Assembly (NCBI GenBank): GCA_977018835.1
Contig: OZ361256.1
Coordinates: forward strand, 4,030,001 to 4,094,000
Origin: Minutocellus sp. GHC0000111
Taxonomy: Eukaryota
Length of the DNA: 64,000 nucleotides
Direction of reading: 5' to 3'
Shown here: piece by piece, positions 60,954 to 64,000 of the stretch
Position numbering within the stretch: the stretch's first letter is position 1
How the letters are laid out: each line of letters opens with the position of its first letter
The notes under the pieces: generated by a model
Database searches by the model: none
The model's input: only the letters and a program-made list of their open reading frames with translations
Told to the model about the DNA's origin: nothing
Program-made: the position numbers and the translations under genes

Positions 60954-61842
60954 TCATAACTCATCAGAACTGATCGGATTGGTAAAGCTGGCGAGGACCT
61001 TGAGCTTCTCTTCGAATGCAACCTGCTTGTCCTTTTTCATTTTACCATCGCTTAGCATCCTCTTGATCCGGTCCGTCTCGGACTTGAAGTAATTCGTACC
61101 CTTGTCCAATGCCTTGTTCATTACTTTGAGATACAGCTCAGCCAAAGTTCGGTCTGTTTCCTGCGGGAGAGACTTGGCCACAGTCGAAGCCTCCTCGGCA
61201 AAGCCTTGGCGCGCCTTGTCATCATCGGCAGACACAAACTTGGCAGCGACCGCATCCATCTCGGGCAGGAGCGATTCGGCAATACGGATGCCAGTCTGCT
61301 CCTTGATGAATGCCGAGATGGCATCGAAGCCCTTATCCTCGCCTTCATACCGGACGGCCGTCGAAGGATCTTGTCCCTTCTTCATGTAAATTACTCGGGA
61401 TACGTTTCTTCATCTGCGACTCCCATGCTCTTGGCAAAGTCCTGGTTCTGCGTTTCCCCATAATTCTGGACGCCCATTTTGGCAATGAGGAAGTCCGATC
61501 GGATCCGTCCGGGCTTGGACAGTTGCTCCTGGTAGCTCTCGGCGACGGACTTGAACGCTTAATGATTCTCGCCATATGGATACGACTTGTCAACTTTCAG
61601 CAGGACATCGAACGACTGAAGGAGATGTGGGAGTCTGAGATAAAAAATAAATGGAGGATCGAAGAGAAGATTGGTGAGGAGTCCAGCATCTTGTTGGCAC
61701 AAGTAACATGTGCCGATCAAAAGGCACAAACAGCTTACCCAACCTCCTCGACTTCGATAATTCCCTTCTCCAACGTCGCATCAACCGTAGCTACAACGGC
61801 GAAGAAGGCCGACAAGCGAAACAGGGCACGTGCCATCATCAT
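60954..61842 (-). CDS. ERp29-like ER protein (intron ~61740-61617); as given it has an in-frame TAA (61559-61561) and a frameshift (~61395)
   Basis: Signal peptide, 'LLKVDKSYPYGENH*AFK', 'IAKMGVQNYGETQN', ERp29 C-terminal domain 'LYLKVMNKALDKGTNYFKSETDRIKRML' and ER-retention-like SDEL. Confidence 0.8.
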
Positions 61843-62227
61843 GGTCGTTCGTTTGGAGAGCAAAAATGAGGCTTTGAGGCTTTGCTTGCATGCAAGCAAA
61901 AGTGCCACGCGTAAGGCGACATCGCGTCATAGTGATGAGGCAGAAAGTCACGCGGCAAGCAAGAAACAAGAAAATAAAACGCTCTCGACTCTCGAACTCG
62001 AAAAAAAGCAAACCGTCGTGGCAAAGCAACGTGGCTTGGCGGGAACGTCACTGTCCTCGGCCGTACATCAATGGTCTCCAAACGGTACCCCTCTCCACCC
62101 ACCCAACTCCAAACCACGTAGCTAGAGGCGCATTGATTTAATCGTATCGAGAAGAGAATGACGAGTCTACGACCAGCTGTGGAATCAGCACAACACGTGC
62201 ATCTTCCTCCACTGAGCTTGAATACCA

Positions 62228-63973
62228 ATGACGGTACTGGACCGGTCGGACCAGTCACCCTTCCACTCGTGTGGGGATGATGATGCCGATGGCGACAGCG
62301 GGCAGCATGTGGCGGCGCTTTTTCAAGGCTACGGGACTCACTACGTTGACCTGTGGGTTGGCACCCCGCCTCAGCGCCAGACCGTGATCGTCGATACTGG
62401 TTCGGGTCAGACGGCCTTCCCCTGTTCGGGCTGTGAAGACTGCGGGGAGTCGTACCATACTGATTCCTACTTCATCGAAGCTGATTCCTCAACATTTGAA
62501 CGGTTAGAGTGCGACGCATGTTACAAGGGTCACTGTGCAAAGGGCAAGACCGAAGCGGGATCGTCGGGGAAGGAATCCATTTGTCAAGTCAGCATGTCGT
62601 ATTCCGAGGGATCGAAGTGGTCGGCGTATGAGTCCAGAGACTTGGCTTACGCTGGTGGAACGCATTTTGAGGCCCTGTCGGCTGAAGAGGTGGAAAGTGC
62701 TGGCCAATTTCCACTGTATTTTGGTTGTCAGACTCTGCTCACCAAATTGTTTTTGACGCAGCTGGCCGACGGCATCATGGGTATGGTCAACAAAGGTACC
62801 AGTTATTGGTCCCAAATGTACGAAAGTGGCGCCATGTCGGAAAAGAGTTTTTCCCTATGCTTCACCCGCCAACCCACGGCCAGCCGAGAGGGAACCGAGG
62901 CCGGTGCATTGACGCTGGGAGGCACCGACGCCCGATTCCACATGACACCTCTCGTGTACGCACGAAATGTCAAGCCCAGTTCGGGATACTTCACCGTCAA
63001 TCTTCAAGAAGGAGGGGGCGAATCCGCGGGAACCAGTAGCGTCCAGGGAGGCCAATATGCAATTCATGCCTTGGAGGTTGACCCGGTGATTCTCCAGAAG
63101 GCCAACTCGGGCCACTCAGTGATTGTCGATTCTGGGACGACGATGACATACTTGGACAAAAAGATCGGAGCAGTCCTCAAGGCCAAGTGGGAAGAGATCA
63201 CTGGAATGGATTACACCAACGATGCCGTGACGCTGACCGACGAGCAATTGCATTCCCTACCGACGGTATTGTTTCAATTCGAAGCGTCGGGCGACGGTGC
63301 CAACGAGAACATCGGTGATGGAACCAAAGAGACCGTTGTTGGATTGACTGGTGCTATTGATGAGTCGAGTCCAACCGATGTCATTGTAGCAATGCCAGCA
63401 TCGCACTACATGTTTTATGATGAGGATGAAAATACGTATCAGAGTGGACTTTACATTGACAAAAGGTCAGGCTCCACCTTGGGCGCAAATCTTATGATGG
63501 GACACGATGTATTGTTTGACGTAGCCAACGGTCGAATCGGATTCGCCGAGTCTGACTGTGACTACTTCGACGTGACTGGCCACACACCACCTGGAAATGC
63601 CAATGGGCGAGAAGGTCCTGATGAACAAGAATCTGATGTTGAAGACAGACCGCCTCCATCGGGACAAATCGGAGTGAGCCCAGGAGAGACCGACGTCGTC
63701 TGCCCAACTACTGGGTGTAAGATGGGAGTCCTTGCCGTGGTATCTGTCCTCGTCACATTATTTATTGTATACCGACGCCGATATGGCTATGGTAGCAGGC
63801 CGACTCGTCGTGATCGTCGAGGAACTGCAGCTGTTCCCACCATGGATGATGATCTCGAACTTTATCAGGAAGAAATTGAGGATGCCGATGATACTGCACC
63901 TGATGAAGAGGAGGACGAAAGTTCAAGCCATGATGGCCGCGATACGAAAGATGAATCAGATTTTACAATTTAG
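62228..63973 (+). CDS. A1 aspartic protease (plasmepsin V-like) with C-terminal TM; true start uncertain
   Basis: 'HYVDLWVGTPPQRQTVIVDTGS', 'FGCQ', 'DGIMG', 'IVDSGTT', 'LGANLMMGHDVLFD...RIGFAESDC' and TM 'MGVLAVVSVLVTLFIVY'. Confidence 0.92.
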   Translation: MTVLDRSDQSPFHSCGDDDADGDSGQHVAALFQGYGTHYVDLWVGTPPQRQTVIVDTGSGQTAFPCSGCEDCGESYHTDSYFIEADSSTFERLECDACYKGHCAKGKTEAGSSGKESICQVSMSYSEGSKWSAYESRDLAYAGGTHFEALSAEEVESAGQFPLYFGCQTLLTKLFLTQLADGIMGMVNKGTSYWSQMYESGAMSEKSFSLCFTRQPTASREGTEAGALTLGGTDARFHMTPLVYARNVKPSSGYFTVNLQEGGGESAGTSSVQGGQYAIHALEVDPVILQKANSGHSVIVDSGTTMTYLDKKIGAVLKAKWEEITGMDYTNDAVTLTDEQLHSLPTVLFQFEASGDGANENIGDGTKETVVGLTGAIDESSPTDVIVAMPASHYMFYDEDENTYQSGLYIDKRSGSTLGANLMMGHDVLFDVANGRIGFAESDCDYFDVTGHTPPGNANGREGPDEQESDVEDRPPPSGQIGVSPGETDVVCPTTGCKMGVLAVVSVLVTLFIVYRRRYGYGSRPTRRDRRGTAAVPTMDDDLELYQEEIEDADDTAPDEEEDESSSHDGRDTKDESDFTI

Positions 63974-64000
63974 AAAAAAGAGATTGACTTATAATGTGTA

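Noticed and set aside
61559..61561. In-frame TAA as evidence of stop-codon reassignment
   Set aside because: TAA terminates other genes here, it is a single case, and the same gene also has a frameshift.
61310..62125. 271-aa plus-strand ORF
   Set aside because: Overlaps the ERp29-like gene antisense and has no recognisable motifs.

Overview
Eukaryotic nuclear DNA, most likely a diatom or other ochrophyte. Evidence: gene-dense, short GT-AG introns, bipartite plastid-targeting 'A-F' signal motifs and RxL motifs. About 22 host genes are supportable: a sulfotransferase-like/GT8 fusion with a Tyr-rich tail, a second sulfotransferase-like membrane protein, a bacterial-type SGNH hydrolase, an FG-GAP membrane protein, DNAJC3/P58IPK, an HCF107/Mbb1-like SAP+HAT protein, an SBF transporter, CRAL-TRIO, NAE1 head-to-head with a possible CSN9, a large SQ/TQ-rich tandem-BRCT protein, a MORN protein, an S10 carboxypeptidase, a Vps39-like protein ending in a gamma-COP-appendage-like domain, U-box/Sel1, ERp29-like and an A1 aspartic protease. 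There are two mobile-DNA zones. One is a RAG1/Transib-like transposase relic (6.5-8.3 kb). The other is a nested island (~16.5-25.9 kb) holding a fully delimited 4.2-kb Kolobok-type transposon (TTAA target duplications, 17-bp TIRs, decayed transposase, intact KolX-like ORF with an extra OB-fold-like region) inserted into a repeat array. TE-derived DNA is strongly TpA-depleted, suggesting a RIP-like process, and TA-flanked palindromic micro-insertions are frequent. Many host genes carry single frameshifts, probably assembly indels. All family calls come from motif recognition by eye; no database searches were run.
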